From: the human T2T-CHM13v2.0 reference genome, Homo sapiens
DNA: 64,000 nucleotides
Assembly: GCF_009914755.1 (NCBI RefSeq)
Contig: NC_060932.1
Strand: one strand, 5' to 3'
Made by a program: the position numbers and the translations under genes. How positions within the stretch are numbered: position 1 is the stretch's first letter; every line of letters begins with the position of its first letter. Positions 29,255-41,933 of this stretch are shown in pieces. The notes below the pieces were generated by a model. The model had not been told where the DNA came from and made no database searches. It worked only from the letters and a program-made list of their open reading frames with translations.

Positions 29255-31054
29255 TTAGATTTGATGACGACTTTTTAGATACTATATCAAAAAGACAATC
29301 CATGAAATAACTTATTGGTAAGCACGTTTTTTCTGTGAATCTAAAACTATTCTAAAAATAAAGCCTGTTAAAAAACTCAGGTAATAAACAGTGAGTGGGT
29401 AGGAATTTTGTTAAAAAAAAAAAAAGAAGCAGAAGAATAAGAAAAAGAAAAAGAGTATCAGATCCCTAGAGAGAGCACTGGAAGGGGTCATGGAGAGTTG
29501 ATTCTAGACCTTGCTCTGCAGCTAGTCAGCAGTGTATTTCCTTGGGAAAGGAATAATCCCTCTAGGCTTCATTCCTCATGTACAAAACGAAGCAGGTGGA
29601 ATACGTGATCTCTAAAGTTCCTATGTCCCTCCCAATGCTCAGTTTTGGAACAAAGCAATCAAGGCTACCCTTAAGGAAGTTCATATAGGATTTAAGGGGA
29701 TCTGAACAGATCCTCTTATCCCAAATTATCATCTTCACTACCTGATGTGCCCAGTATTAGAGATTCACTTTTTTGTTGTTGTTGTAACGTACATTTCCTT
29801 GAGTATATTAAGATGAAGATCAACCCCAGCCCTAACTCTGCTTCTCAATACAGTTGCCCTTAGGAACTGTTGTATCTAAAGGCATAAGGTTAACTAGGGT
29901 GTATTTTGTCAGGGAAGAGGAATCAAAGTAAAATCTGGTATATGTATCAAGTGTTTGAAACATTTAAGTAAATGAATGGATGAGTCAATAATTGTAAAGA
30001 AGAAGGGTGTAAAGATAAGAGAGCTACAGATGTACAGAACTGCATTAGGGTCATAGAAGGAGGGATGAACCCTAAAAAAAGAGAAGCTCCAAAGATAGAT
30101 TTGCCTGTTTCATACTTATGCCTGTGGCTAGCCCTGAGGCCTTATTACTCACCTCTTCTTGTCAATCATTCATTTATTGAGCACCTACTACATGCCAGAA
30201 ACTGTACTCAGCATCTGCGGTCAATGGCAAGTAAACAGAGGGAATGAATCTCTTTCTCAGAGCTATTTGCCTGGCTCCTTGCTAAATGCCCTTACGGCAG
30301 GGTAGATACCAGGATTTTTGCTAACTTTCCAACTCTTGACATCCTTCTGTACTCATACCAAACTCAAGAAAGAGTTCAAATGCCCCTTTCATCTAACTTC
30401 CCAATCTTCATTGCTTTGAAGGCTAGCAGAAGTAAAACTTTTCCTTGGTTCCCCTACTGTGAATAAATGCTGCCCCCTTCTGGAATATTGGCAGAAGTAT
30501 AAGGAACTGACAGCAGTGAAAATTCTTACAGTTCATGGAAAATTAGGGTTAGAAAAGACTTTAGTTAAGTCTCATTGTTTTATCCATGGGAAGTTTGATG
30601 CTTGGAAAGGTCAACTTGCCTGTTTATATCTTGGAAGAGAAGAGAGTTAGTAATAACAAGGAATGCAAGAGGGGACTGAAACCTATGCTTTCTATTAGGT
30701 TTCCTCCTTTCAAGTTTACTAGACTGGGGACAGGGTTATAGATATTTTCATTGTTCCTATGCATGTGTTTATCTACACATTTCCCCTCATTTTTCATCCT
30801 ATTCATCCCATGCTTTCATCTCTTTCCTATTTCCTGTTTTATAGTGTAGCGATAGGCAGGCTCACCTTGAGAACCCAATGCAGGTTAAGAGCGGTCTCAA
30901 GCAGTGCCTCTGTCCATGCACTTGTGTGTCTTCTAACTTTTTATCGATTTGTGATATCTTTTATAGATTTCTGGGGAAGGATGTGTAAAAGTACACTCTT
31001 TATTTATAAATTTAGGTCTACAGGAACAGATCTACCATTATCTTATCTTCCACT

Positions 31055-31320
31055 CATTCATTCAGTAAAAATATATTGACCATCTACTTTGTGTTATATG
31101 TTGTGAATACAAAAACAAAAAAGACAAAGTCTCTGTTCCCTAGGAGTTATCACTTATTGGAGAAGACAGAAAAGTAAACACATGATCAGAGGCAGCAGCA
31201 TGGCAAAAGCCCTCCAAGAGGAACTGTCAGAACATAGATGGAGGCATCAAACTCAGACTGAGGGAGGGAGGGAGGTTACCTGCAGGAGGTGGTGTCTTAC
31301 CTTCCAGGTGTCTGAGGATT
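31055..31320 (-). mobile_element. L2 3' fragment
   Basis: CATTCATTCA tail, GACAAAGTCTCTGTTCC motif. Confidence 0.6.
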
Positions 31321-31879
31321 ATGTGTAAAATAAAGGGGAGTACAAGTGTCAAACTGTCAGCAAAGTTTTCTAACATGCCTGTTCCATGCTTTAACCCTTG
31401 AGAGGCCTCAGAGATTTGTAAATCTCAAAGTGAAAAATATCTGCTTAGTGATCACTGAAATTCAAGGATATAAACATCCGATATAATGTATGAGGGCAAA
31501 TTTTACATGTCAAATCACTTAGAAACATCACTTTTAGTAAAATCATGATAGCATCGAATTTTCTTTTCATCTACTTCTGTAATTGATATTAACATATTTA
31601 TACAGCCCAAATTAGTCCCACGGTTTGTAAAACCCTTTTCTTTACTGAGTATCTGTGTCAGCTTGTGATTAGCAGACTCTATAGGGTGTCTAATAAAGAA
31701 AAAGACAACATAAAACTGGAAAAAGACCTAAAAGTGTGATGGAAGTCAACGAACTTGATGCTTGCAAAATGTTCTGAGAAGGAAGGTTATTTATCTGTGT
31801 TAACAACGCCTTGAAGTCTGTTTTAGTGTGTTGTAGTGGAATGCAGATTTAATTCAGAGAAATGTGATTAGGAGAGAAA

Positions 31880-32200
31880 AAGGAGTTGTTAATTCCTGGA
31901 TGGATCTTGGGCAAGTCATTTAATCCCAAGTCTCAGACACAGGGCTACCTCTAGCCCATATGGTTCTTATATACAAATTAGGAAAAGGCTCCCCTGTCTT
32001 TGTGGGTGTAGCCCAGCTGGCACTAGGCTTGATGAACAGAATGTGGGATGGATCTCAGCCTTCTCTTACTCCTTAGTTGTGTCTCTTTCTGTAATGAATA
32101 ACCTCCTCAAGCAGATGTAGATGCCCTGGCCAGAAATCTTAACAGTAAAATGGAGCTCGTACATCTTTTATGTACCTTACAAGGTGGCTGCAGGAGTCTT
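31880..32200 (+). mobile_element. MIR interrupted by a MER91-type element
   Basis: ATCTTGGGCAAGTCATTTAA before and GTAAAATGG..ACCTTACAAGG after the insert. Confidence 0.6.
31940..32128. mobile_element. MER91A-like hAT-Tip100 element
   Basis: CAGGGC..GCCCTG termini, degenerate 8 bp TSD CTCAGACA/GCCAGAAA. Confidence 0.6.
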
Positions 32201-33259
32201 ATGAAAAAAAAAGTATATACATAACACACATGAGTTGTATTATACCAAATCTAATGCTCCATATTTGGAAGAAGGAGTTCAGTGAGAGTGTTGTATCAAC
32301 AATCACAGATACTCTCATTAGAGATGCTCACAAGAGAACTTACAGTTTCTAATTAGACACCTGCTGCAAATGTCATTCAGGATGGCCTGAGGATGTTCAT
32401 GTTCTGTGGAGTACAGCAACTCTGATTTCTTGGAAGGATTCTTTTGCTATCAAAATTCCAAACAGCAGAGCCCCAGCCACTTCAGAGAATTCTGAATCCT
32501 GTTGCCTAAATTAACAGGTGGCTGTAGGCAGAGGACTGTGTTGGCAGCCAATGGCCGCAGGTGCTGAGAGCCACCATTGATCTACTAAGCACACCAGAGG
32601 CACAGCTAAGCACAGTCTCATCTTTCTTTTGCATTGCATTGCATCCCAAATATTTGCTATTTTTTTCTAGAAGAATTAGCTCAACACGTATCTGTTTTAA
32701 AAATATTTCTAATAACTACGTTTTAGGTTTTATGGTTCCATTTAATTTATAAAAATTCAAATTACTGTGGTAAAGCAATTAAGTTTTCATTCTTTAAACC
32801 AAAATGGGAGGATGTACTCTGATTTTATACCTATGACACACACTCAAACATACTAGGCATGCTTCCTCATAGGGTCTTTGAACTTATGATGTATCTATAA
32901 TACCTGGAATGCTCTTCCCTGCATATCTACACAAATAGCTCATCACCTCTTTTAAGTCTTGGAGGTTTGGTTTAATAATGTCAATGTACAGTAAATGTTT
33001 ATTGAATTGAATTGCACATTGAAGGTGGTGGGAATCATTGACCCTTAATAGGTTATTTTGGACCTATTACTTTTTGAAAATTACTTAAAAATCTCTCTAT
33101 ATAATTATCCTTCTATTTAAAGCTGATGTTTATTACATTCCATTATTCATAAGTAGCTTTAAATAGGATTATCCATATTTTTTCCAAGTGTTTCTGCTCT
33201 TTAGTAATCTGACAGACAAGCCAACTCCTATGTTTAACATTAGCTTCTAGAATTACAAG

Positions 33260-33261
<2 letters not shown>

Positions 33262-33305
<44 letters not shown>
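33262..33305. repeat. (GT)22 microsatellite
   Basis: Uninterrupted GT run. Confidence 0.98.
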
Positions 33306-33308
<3 letters not shown>

Positions 33309-33512
33309 CAAGCACATGCATGTAAAATAATATTTGAAATTTTTGGTGATATCCAAGACACTAAGATAAAAGTACAAAATAAAAAAGTCACAGGGGCAGT
33401 AGATGGATAGAGAATGACAGTGATCTAGAGGCTTTGGACAGCCATTCCTTTTCCCGCCTTGAAGTATTACCTTCTCATGTACCTCATACTCTTTACTTAA
33501 TCCCTCATCCCA

Positions 33513-33836
33513 AGTTCATGTCCTTTGCAGGGACACGGATGAAGCTGGAAACCATCATTCTGAGCAAACAATCACAAGGACAGAAAACCAAACACCGCAT
33601 GTTCTCACTCATAGGTGGGAACTGAACAATGAGAACACTTGGACACAGGGCGGGGAACATCACACACTGGGGCCTGTCGGGGGGTGGGGGGTAGGGGGAG
33701 GGATAGCATTAGGAAAAATACCTAATGTAAATGATGAGTTAATGGGTGCAGCAAACCAACATGGCACATGTACACCTATGTAACAAACCTGCATGTTGTG
33801 CACATGTACCCTAGAACTTAAACTATAAAAAAAAAA
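33513..33836 (+). mobile_element. L1PA 3' end, 5'-truncated
   Basis: ORF2 end ([10 protein letters not shown]), G-tract, poly(A); 13 bp TSD AATCCCT(C/T)ATCCC at 33499-33511 and 33837-33849. Confidence 0.96.
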
Positions 33837-34024
33837 AATCCCTTATCCCCACCCTTTCCAAAGAAATCTTCCAAATTACTTGGATTGGCCAAATCATGGT
33901 GGAAATCACATTCTAAAAAACCAAACACGCCAAAATTTTAGCAGTTGTTTTAAAGTTTACATGATCTCTCATGTCTTTAATAGGCCATAATGTGGTTTTA
34001 AAGCCTATGATGTACACATTTTTA

Positions 34025-36395
34025 AATAAACCCACATATATATGGTGAACTGATTTTGTTAAGAATGCCAAAAATACACGATGGAAAAAGGATAGTTTCT
34101 TCAAAAAATTGGGTTGTGAAAACTGGATATACACATGCAAAATAATGAAATTGGGGCCTTACTTTACATCGCACACAAAAATAAACTCAAAATGAATTAA
34201 AGACTTAACTGTAAGAACAGAAACTCTAAAAATCTTAGAAGGAAACATAGGGTAAAATCTTCTTGTCGTTGGTTTAAAAATGACTTCTTGGATATGACAC
34301 CAAAAGCACAGGCTGTGAAAGGAAAAATAAACAAGTAGGATTATATCAAAGTAAAACAATTCTGTACCAGCAAAGGATGTTTTAACTTTTAGGTTCAGGG
34401 GTACACATCAGGTTTGTTATATAGGTAAACTGTGTGTCATCGGTTTTGATGTACAGATTGTTTCATCATCTAGGTAAGAAGCATAGTACTTGGATAGGTA
34501 GTTTTTCCGTTCTCGCCCTCCTCCCACCATCCACCCTAAAGTAGGTACTGTGTCTGTTCTCTTCTTTGTGTCCATGAGTACCCAATGTTTAGCTCCCACT
34601 TACAAGTGAGAACATGCAGTATTTGGTTTTCTGTTCCTGTGTTAGGTCGCTTAGGATAATGGCTTCCAGCTCCACTCATGTTGCTGCAAAGAACATGATC
34701 TCATTCTTTTTTATGGCTGAATAGTATTCCATGGTGTATATGTAACACCTTTTTTTTTTTTTTAATCCAGTCTACTGTTGATGGGCATTTAGGTTGATTC
34801 CATGTCTTTGGTATTGTGAATAGTGCTGCAACGAACATACACATGCATGTGTGTCTTTATGGTTAAACAATTTATAGTCCTTTGGGTATATATCCCATAA
34901 TGGGATTTCTGGGTCAAATGGTAATTCTGTTTTTAGCTCTTTGAGGAATCACCACACTGCCTTTTGCAACGGCTGAACTAACTTATACTACCACCCTTTT
35001 CTCCGCAGCCTCACCAGAATCTGTTATTTTTTTGACTTTTAAAATGATAGCATTCTGACTGATGAAAGATGGTATCTCACTGTGGTATTGGTTTGCATTT
35101 CTCTAATGGTTAATGTTTAGCATTTTTTCATATGCTTCTTGGCTGCATATATGCCTTCTTTTGAAAAGTGTCTGTTCATGTCAGGAAAGGAAAGATTTAA
35201 CAGAATAAAATGCAGTCTATGGAATGGGAGAAAATATTTGCAAACCATATACCTAAAAGGGGTTAATTTCTAAAATACACATGAAACTTCTACAACTCAA
35301 TAGCAAAAAAAAAAAAAAAAAAAAAAAACCAACCCAAATAACATGATTAAAAAATAGACAAAAGACTTGAACAGACATTTCTCCAAAGAAGGCAAACAAA
35401 TGGACCACAGGTATACTAAGGAAAATGCTCAACATCATTAATTATTTAAAAATGCAAATCAAAACTACAATAAGATAGATATCATGTCACACCTGTTAGG
35501 ATGGCTACTATAAAAAAACATAAAAAGCATTGGTGATGATGTGGAGAAATTGGAATCCTTGTACACTGTTCGTGAGAATGTAAAATTTTGCAGCAGCTAT
35601 GAAAAACAGTATGGATGTTCCACAAAAATGTAAAAATGGAGCTAACTTATGACTCAGCAATCCCACTTCTGTGTATATATCCAAAGGAAATAAAATTATT
35701 ATCTCCAAGACATATCTGCACTCCCATGTTCATTGCACCATTATTCACAGTAACCAAGATATGGAAACAATCTAAGTCTCTATCAACAAATGAATAGAAC
35801 GAGAAATGTAGCATACACGTACAATAAATATTACTAAGCCTTAAAAAAGAAGGGTATCCTGCTGTTTGTGACAACATCAATAAACCTAGGGGACATTATG
35901 CTAAGTGAAATAAGTAGTATTTGTGAAAGACAAATACTGCTTGATTCTACTTACATGAGGTATCTAATATAGTCAAACTCTTAGAAACAGAGAATACAGT
36001 AGTGGTTGCCAGGGGCAGGGGAGTAAGAGAAATGGGGAATTGTTGTTCAGTGGCATAAAGTTTCATTTATGCTAGGTGAATAAGCTCTAGGCGTCTGCTG
36101 TACAGAGTAGTGCCTATAGTTAACAATACAGTATTGCACACTTCAAAATTTAAGAGGATGAATCTCATATTAAGTGTTTTTACTGCCAAAACAAAACAAA
36201 ATCAAACAAAAATACTCCCCAAAACAAAAAAACAAAGGGAAATAAGGAAAATTTGTGAGGTGTTGGACATGTCTATTTCCTTGATGTGGTGATGGTATAT
36301 TGTGTTTGGATTGTCCAAACTCTTCAAATTGAACATATTAAATATACGTAGTTCTTTGTATATCAATCATATTTCAATAAAGCTGTTAAACAATA
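34025..36395 (+). mobile_element. L1MA8/9-type 3' portion, interrupted by an L1PA
   Basis: ORF2 C-terminal remnants and L1MA 3'UTR (GTTAACAATACAGTATTGCACACTTCAAAATT..TCAATAAAGCTG). Confidence 0.88.
34378..35181 (-). mobile_element. Older L1PA (PA13-16-like) 3' end
   Basis: TTAGGTTCAGGGGTACA terminus; TSD CAG(C/G)AAAGGA at 34368-34377 and 35182-35191. Confidence 0.9.
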
Positions 36396-36459
36396 AAACA
36401 AACTGCTTTTTAATTTGATGTTTCTTGACAATACAATATTATGATTATGAATCTAATCA

Positions 36460-36675
36460 CACTCTCAGGGTCATATCTCAGATTTACCACTTACTGTAAG
36501 TGACTTTAGGAAAATTACATAATTGCTCTGGGTCTCAGGTTTTCATCTGTAAGATGGGGATAATAACAGGATTACTTCCCAGAGTTACTGAGAAGAGTTA
36601 ATGAGATTGCATCATAAGGTGCCTAGCACACTGACTGGCATGCAGCAAAAGCTTAACAAATGTTAGCTCTAATTA
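36460..36675 (+). mobile_element. MIR
   Basis: CTCAGGTTTCATCTGTAAGATGGGGATAATAA core, AAATGTTAGCT tail. Confidence 0.85.
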
Positions 36676-36969
36676 TGTTTTAGTAAAGGATGCGTTTAGT
36701 ATATTCTTACATGTTTTTTCTGCAGTGTTTCAATGCTTAGCATTGTCTGCTTTACCTTTCAATCACTAGAGAGCTATAGGGACCATGATTAGACTGCCAG
36801 ATTCTTATCTTAACATGTGATGAGAGCAGGAGATTGTGGTATCACTGATGAACTGTGCCAGAATCTCAGGGCAAGTCATGCTTGCCACTGTCTACTATAT
36901 GGAACTGCATGTGAGTTCTGGTATCTTTAAACCCATTTTCTTCCTTGTCAGGTTCACAACTAAGCCAAC

Positions 36970-37537
36970 TGTTATGGCCAGGGTTAGGTTCCAGCTCATG
37001 CTGAGGTCTGAAGGGAGTGGGTAGATGAGCAGATAGCTGAAAGAACACTTAGGGGGCCGTAGGCAGGTGAAATGCAGTTTTATTCAGCAGCTCTCTCATC
37101 AGCAGCTTACTCACACTAGTTCTTCTACACTGTTCGCCTTGTCTCAGCTGCTTGAGCTGGCTACTCCCACACACAGCTGCACGGTTGGCTCTCTCTTGCC
37201 GTCAGGGTCAGCAGCTTAACTCTTTCTCTCTCTGGGTATGAGCGAGCGGAGCTGTGTTCTGGCTCCCCACTGTCCATCTGCAAAGACACACAGCTCTGAC
37301 TGTCTCTCTCTCTCCTTCTCTGGGTGCAAGCATGCCTGTACAGTGTTAGCAGGGCAATTATACCTTTTACAGACAATAGTGGCTTAGAGCCAAATGATGA
37401 GCCTTCCCATGTTATGGCTACATGGCTGTGATAACAAGCGGAGTTATATGCCTGCGCTCTAAAATCATTGAGTCATGTACAATGTAAACATCCTACCTTG
37501 GCCTATCCTTGACCAAAGCACAGCCATGTTCTTTACA
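36970..37537 (-). mobile_element. LTR18-family (LTR18A-like) ERVL solo LTR
   Basis: 568 bp with TG..CA ends; minus strand begins TGTAAAGAACATGGCTGTGCT; AATAAA on minus strand near 37080. Confidence 0.75.
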
Positions 37538-37589
37538 TTCCTCTTATTTGTTTTTACCTTTCAGAATATCAACTATTCAAGGGCAAGGG

Positions 37590-37765
37590 AGAATTAACAT
37601 TTGTTTAAAACCTACTCTATGCTGGAAGTTGAGCTAGTGACTCTAATATACCACAATCCTTTTCATCCTCATTTCTACATATAAGAAACTGAGTGAAGAG
37701 CTTAAGTGATTTACCTGAAGTTGTAGAGTTATTAAGTGGCCAGCTGGAGGTTCCACTCCTGGTCT
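37590..37765 (-). mobile_element. MIR
   Basis: GAAACTGAG..TTAAGTGATTTACCTGAAG core. Confidence 0.6.
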
Positions 37766-37989
37766 CTCTCTTTCCAAAGCCTCCCATGCATTGTGAATTA
37801 AAAGGATATTCCATAAAGAACCCAAAGAGAGAATTTTACTCTCTATTCCAAGCAGACTGTTACTTTTATTCCAAAACACTCTCCCTGTCTTCTACTTATA
37901 GCCCTACTTCATCCCTAGGTGTTAGCACAGGTGCCACCTCAGTTCCTTCTTAACTGATCTAACCTCTACAACCTTTTCTTCTCAGCAAT

Positions 37990-38275
37990 TTTGGTTTGAG
38001 AGCAAGCATTGTTTGTGGTAAAGGAGATATGAGAAGGCAGAAGAGCCATAATATTGTGACTTAAATGTGACCTTGTGAAGGAGAGAAGAAAGGAAGCTTG
38101 GTGGAATTGTCCCAGGCCACCTTGCAGTCTAGAAGTTTGGCAAGGCCACTGGGGAGTCCTTGAGTCAAAACCTCTAGGCATGGATCTGCCTTAGTGTCCT
38201 GTTGTGCTCAGTCACTGCCTGGCACCAGCCCATGTAAGAGGGAGGTCTCCTAGGGCCATTCTTGAGGCTGTCAGG
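37990..38275. mobile_element. Old LTR fragment (MLT1J-like or related)
   Basis: GGCAAGGCCACTGGGGAGTCCTTGAG..GCCTTAGTGTCC..GCTCAGTCACTG motifs. Confidence 0.4.
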
Positions 38276-38489
38276 AGAAGACATTACTAACAGAGAGACT
38301 ATAATGAATAAAGTTATGAAAGTAGGAAAAGGCATGCCATTATAAGAAATGTGCCCAGAATTCTAGTATGGCCCAAGTCTAGGGTATGGGTGAGACTATG
38401 TTGGGGGATGGGAGAGTTGCATATCTATATCTATAGATATAGATATAGAGATATATCTGGAGGCAGAGGGAAGCTTGGTAATGTAAGAC

Positions 38490-38680
38490 TCGTTGTCATT
38501 GTGTGGTCTGGACCATCAGCATCACCTGGGAACTTTTTGGACATCAAAATTGCAAATTGCAAATTCCAGGATACCCACCCCCAGATTACTCAATCAGAAG
38601 CTCTGAGGGATGGGGCTTGCAATGTGTGTTTTAAGAAGTCCTCCAGGTGATTCTGATGCATGCTTAAGTTTGAGAACCAG
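38490..38680. mobile_element. MER5A
   Basis: CAGCATCACCTGGGAAC..CCTCCAGGTGATTCTGATGCA..AAGTTTGAGAACCA. Confidence 0.88.
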
Positions 38681-39941
38681 GGCGTAATAAGACACTGAAA
38701 AATCAGGTATGAGCTTAACCAGAAAATATTATCAATCCAATGCCAACTCTTTAGGGATACGCTGCACATGGTTTCCCCATTGTTTAAATCAGTGTTTTCC
38801 AGCCTGAATTATAAATTGTAGGCTTGAAAACTAAGCTCTCTATCTTGAAACTATGTAAATATCTCATTCCTTATCAAAATGTCAGTTGATTCATGTATGA
38901 ATTTATGTCTGTTGACTCATAGTTTCATGTTTTATTCACATGAATAAAGCTTCACCAAGTGAAGCCCTTCCCATGCTGCTCTAGCACTGGCACACCATGG
39001 CAGATGGGCCTCCTTGTGGATGTCCTCCTCATACTGCTCGAGCTCTGAGTACGCATATCAGGCTGCTCCCTGAGTAAAAGCCATTCTCATCCTGATCCAG
39101 TTTTGACACTCCATGCTAAGCATTATCACATGATCAGGATTATGGTTCAAAGTAATTGCTTCCTGGTACACCTTGATTCATTTAGCCTCCCATACTACCA
39201 TGCTATATATGTGTGTGCGTGTGTGTGTGTGTGTTGTATTTAATACAAGATGAAAACTCATAACAAGCCTGTCAACTAAAACCAGGAATCTATTGCCAAA
39301 ATCCCAGAAGAATCTGTAGCCCTTAGAATGTAACAGAAAAGAAACTGGGGATGGAGTGAGGGGTGAAGCTTGTGGGACATTGCTTCCTGGAGGTAGTGTT
39401 CTCTCTGGTCAGGTGTAGAGACATGAAGAGCTCTGGTAACAGTGCATGCTAGGAATTGTAGTTTTATATTTACTTTCCTGTAATGAGACCTGGGATTCTG
39501 CACACAGAAAAAAATATGTCCCCCTAGGATCTATTCCAGAGTTATTGACGATGTTATTGGAGTCCACAAATACATGAACTTTTGTTGGTTGGTTCATTGG
39601 TTTTAGTTTCCCTGGTGACTCTAGATTTGAACATCTATTTGGGAACCACTGTCTTTTATGGATCCTTAACAGATTTTGGCAATTTGGCTAAAAATTTAGC
39701 AACTGAAATAGCATATAAGAAGATAAGGCCATAGGAAATGGGCTGAAAACTGAGACAAGAATAGACTGAGATGATAGAAAAATTGAATTATATACAATTA
39801 TAAAATAATGAGATAGAAAAGGAGACTGGTTAAGAAAAAATTCTAATGGCCTTAAACTTACAGTGGCAAAACTTGACAAAGAAAAGAGATGAATTAATTG
39901 GGTAAAAAAATAAAATGGCTATGTGCAAGACCAGAAAGATG

Positions 39942-40140
39942 CATTCATTCAATACATATTTTTTATCACCTATGATGTGCTGGGCTGTTGGAATACAGTG
40001 GTGAACACATGATACATGGATTCAGCTATATAATTGCACTCACACACTGTAAAGGAGATAGGCACTTAATAAATATTCACAAAATACACATTAAAACTGT
40101 GATAGCAGCTATGGGGAAAATCTATGGGTGCTATTAAGGG
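39942..40140 (-). mobile_element. L2 3' fragment
   Basis: CATTCATTCAA tail, ATACAGTGGTGAACA motif. Confidence 0.6.
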
Positions 40141-40163
40141 CATACATATACCATGTTAAAATT

Positions 40164-40713
40164 TGTATTAGTCAGGGTTCTCCAAAGAGACAGAGTCAAT
40201 AGGATATACATGATATATGAGAGGAGATTTGTTAGGATTGGCTCACACAATTATGGAGGCTGAGAAGTTGCAGGACAAGCCATCTGCAAGCTGGAGACCC
40301 TGCAATGCTGAAAACATCAAACTCAGTCCAAGTCAGAAGGCCTCAGAGCCAGGGAAGCTGATGGGGTAACAGTCCAAGGCCAAAGGCCTGAGAACCCAGG
40401 GGGCCACTGGTGTAAGTCTTGGAATTTAAAGGCCAGGGAGCCTGGAGTTGTTGCATAGGGACAGGAGAAAAAGAGTGTATCCCAGCTGCAGCAGACAGAT
40501 CAACACATTCACCTTTTCTCTGTTTTTGTTCCCTCCAGACCCCCAGCAGATTAACGACACCTTCCCACACTGAGGGCAGTTCTTTCCTACCTGGTCCCCT
40601 CAGACTCACATGCTAATCTTCTCTAGAAACACCCTCACAGACACCCCAAAATAATTCTTTACCAGGCTTCTAGGTATTCCTTAATCCAGTCAAGTTGATA
40701 CTAAAATTGACAT
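40164..40713 (-). mobile_element. MLT2 (B/D-like) ERVL solo LTR
   Basis: TGTATTAGTCAGGGTTCTCCA..AAACACCCTCACAGACAC..CCTTAATCCAGTCAAGTTGA. Confidence 0.9.
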
Positions 40714-41027
40714 AAGACTAATCTGGTCTAAAAGAGAAATAACAAGGTAAAAATGTATAGATATTCTAGAGGAGGACAATAACTGAATAACTGAAATAGA
40801 AGACAATAATAGAATAACTGAAATAGAAGAATTAATCTGTCACAGTGGAATACAATTGTATGGAGTTCAAAATACTAGGATAGTTAGATGAAATTCTCGG
40901 CAAAATTACCAAGAAAGGAGATATAGATACCCTCTGGCACAAAAGTTAAAATCTAAGAATAAAGAAAAAATTCTTCAAGTGACAAGGGAGGAACAGGTGA
41001 CTGACAAAGATAGAAAATGAGTTGTCT

Positions 41028-41933
41028 CAGATGTTGGCGAGGCAGCAAAGAAAAGGGAACGCTTATACACTGTTGGTGGAAATGTACATTAGTGCAGTTA
41101 CTGTGGAAAGCAGTTTGAAGATTTCTTAAAGAACTCAGAACTACCAGTTGAACCAATAATCCCATTACTCTATGAATATCCAAAGGAAACAAATCATTCT
41201 ACCAAAAAGACACATGAACTTGCATGTTCATTGCAACACTATTCACAATAGCAAACACATGGACTCAACCCAGCTGCCCATCAATAATAAACTGGATAAA
41301 GAAAATGTGGAATATATATACCATGGAATACCATGCAGCCTTAACAAAGATCAAAATCATGTCCTTTGCAGCAACGTGGATGGAGCTGGAGGCCATCCAT
41401 GTTTCCATTCTATTTTTAATTTACTAGTGATTTCCTTTACATATTGAAAAATCATTCAAATTACATTTTTCTCATTATTACATGACATAAACACAACATA
41501 AACACAACTCCGATATTTAAGCATTCTATATTGTATCTTTTCTTTTTTGTCAAAAGCTACAGAGCTGTATAAAATTTCCTTTGTAGAATGTGTTTCTATC
41601 TATATTACCTGCTTTTTAATTTTCTTTTTTAAATATCAATTTTTATGTTATGCCATTTGGCATATAAACATGTTTAGTGATTTATATCATATAACAAATA
41701 TCTTTATTTAAGCTAAATATCAGGTACTTATGGACACAAAGATGGCAACACTAGATGCTGGAGGCTACTAGTGGGAGGAGGGAGGCGAGGGCTAAAACAC
41801 TGCTAGGTACGATGACTCACTGCCAGGGCCAGGGGATCATTCATACCCCAAACTTCAGCATTACACGATATACTCAGGTAACAAACTTGCACTTGTGGCT
41901 CCTGAGCCTAAAATAGAAGCGGAAAAAGAAAAA
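41028..41933 (+). mobile_element. L1PB-type 3' end carrying a ~315 bp internal insertion
   Basis: ORF 41224-41427 resembles L1 ORF2 end up to WMELEAI; TSD AAAATGAGTTG(T/C)CT at 41014-41027 and 41934-41947. Confidence 0.9.

Larger units (their letters stand above)
27468..29375 (+). mobile_element. L1MC/MB-type ORF2 to 3' end, internally deleted, hosting an Alu and an L1PA tail
   Basis: ORF fragments (NKLANQIQQCVKRIIHLDQVGFIP; [16 protein letters not shown]) resemble L1 ORF2; 3' end CTGTGAATCTAAAACTATTCTAAAAATAAAG. Confidence 0.88.

Noticed and set aside
33679-33702. G-quadruplex motif
   Set aside because: Standard G-tract of the L1PA 3'UTR.
38421-38446. Perfect 26 bp palindrome ATATCTATATCTATAGATATAGATAT
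   Set aside because: Low-complexity (TATCTA)n(TAGATA)n microsatellite, a common pattern.
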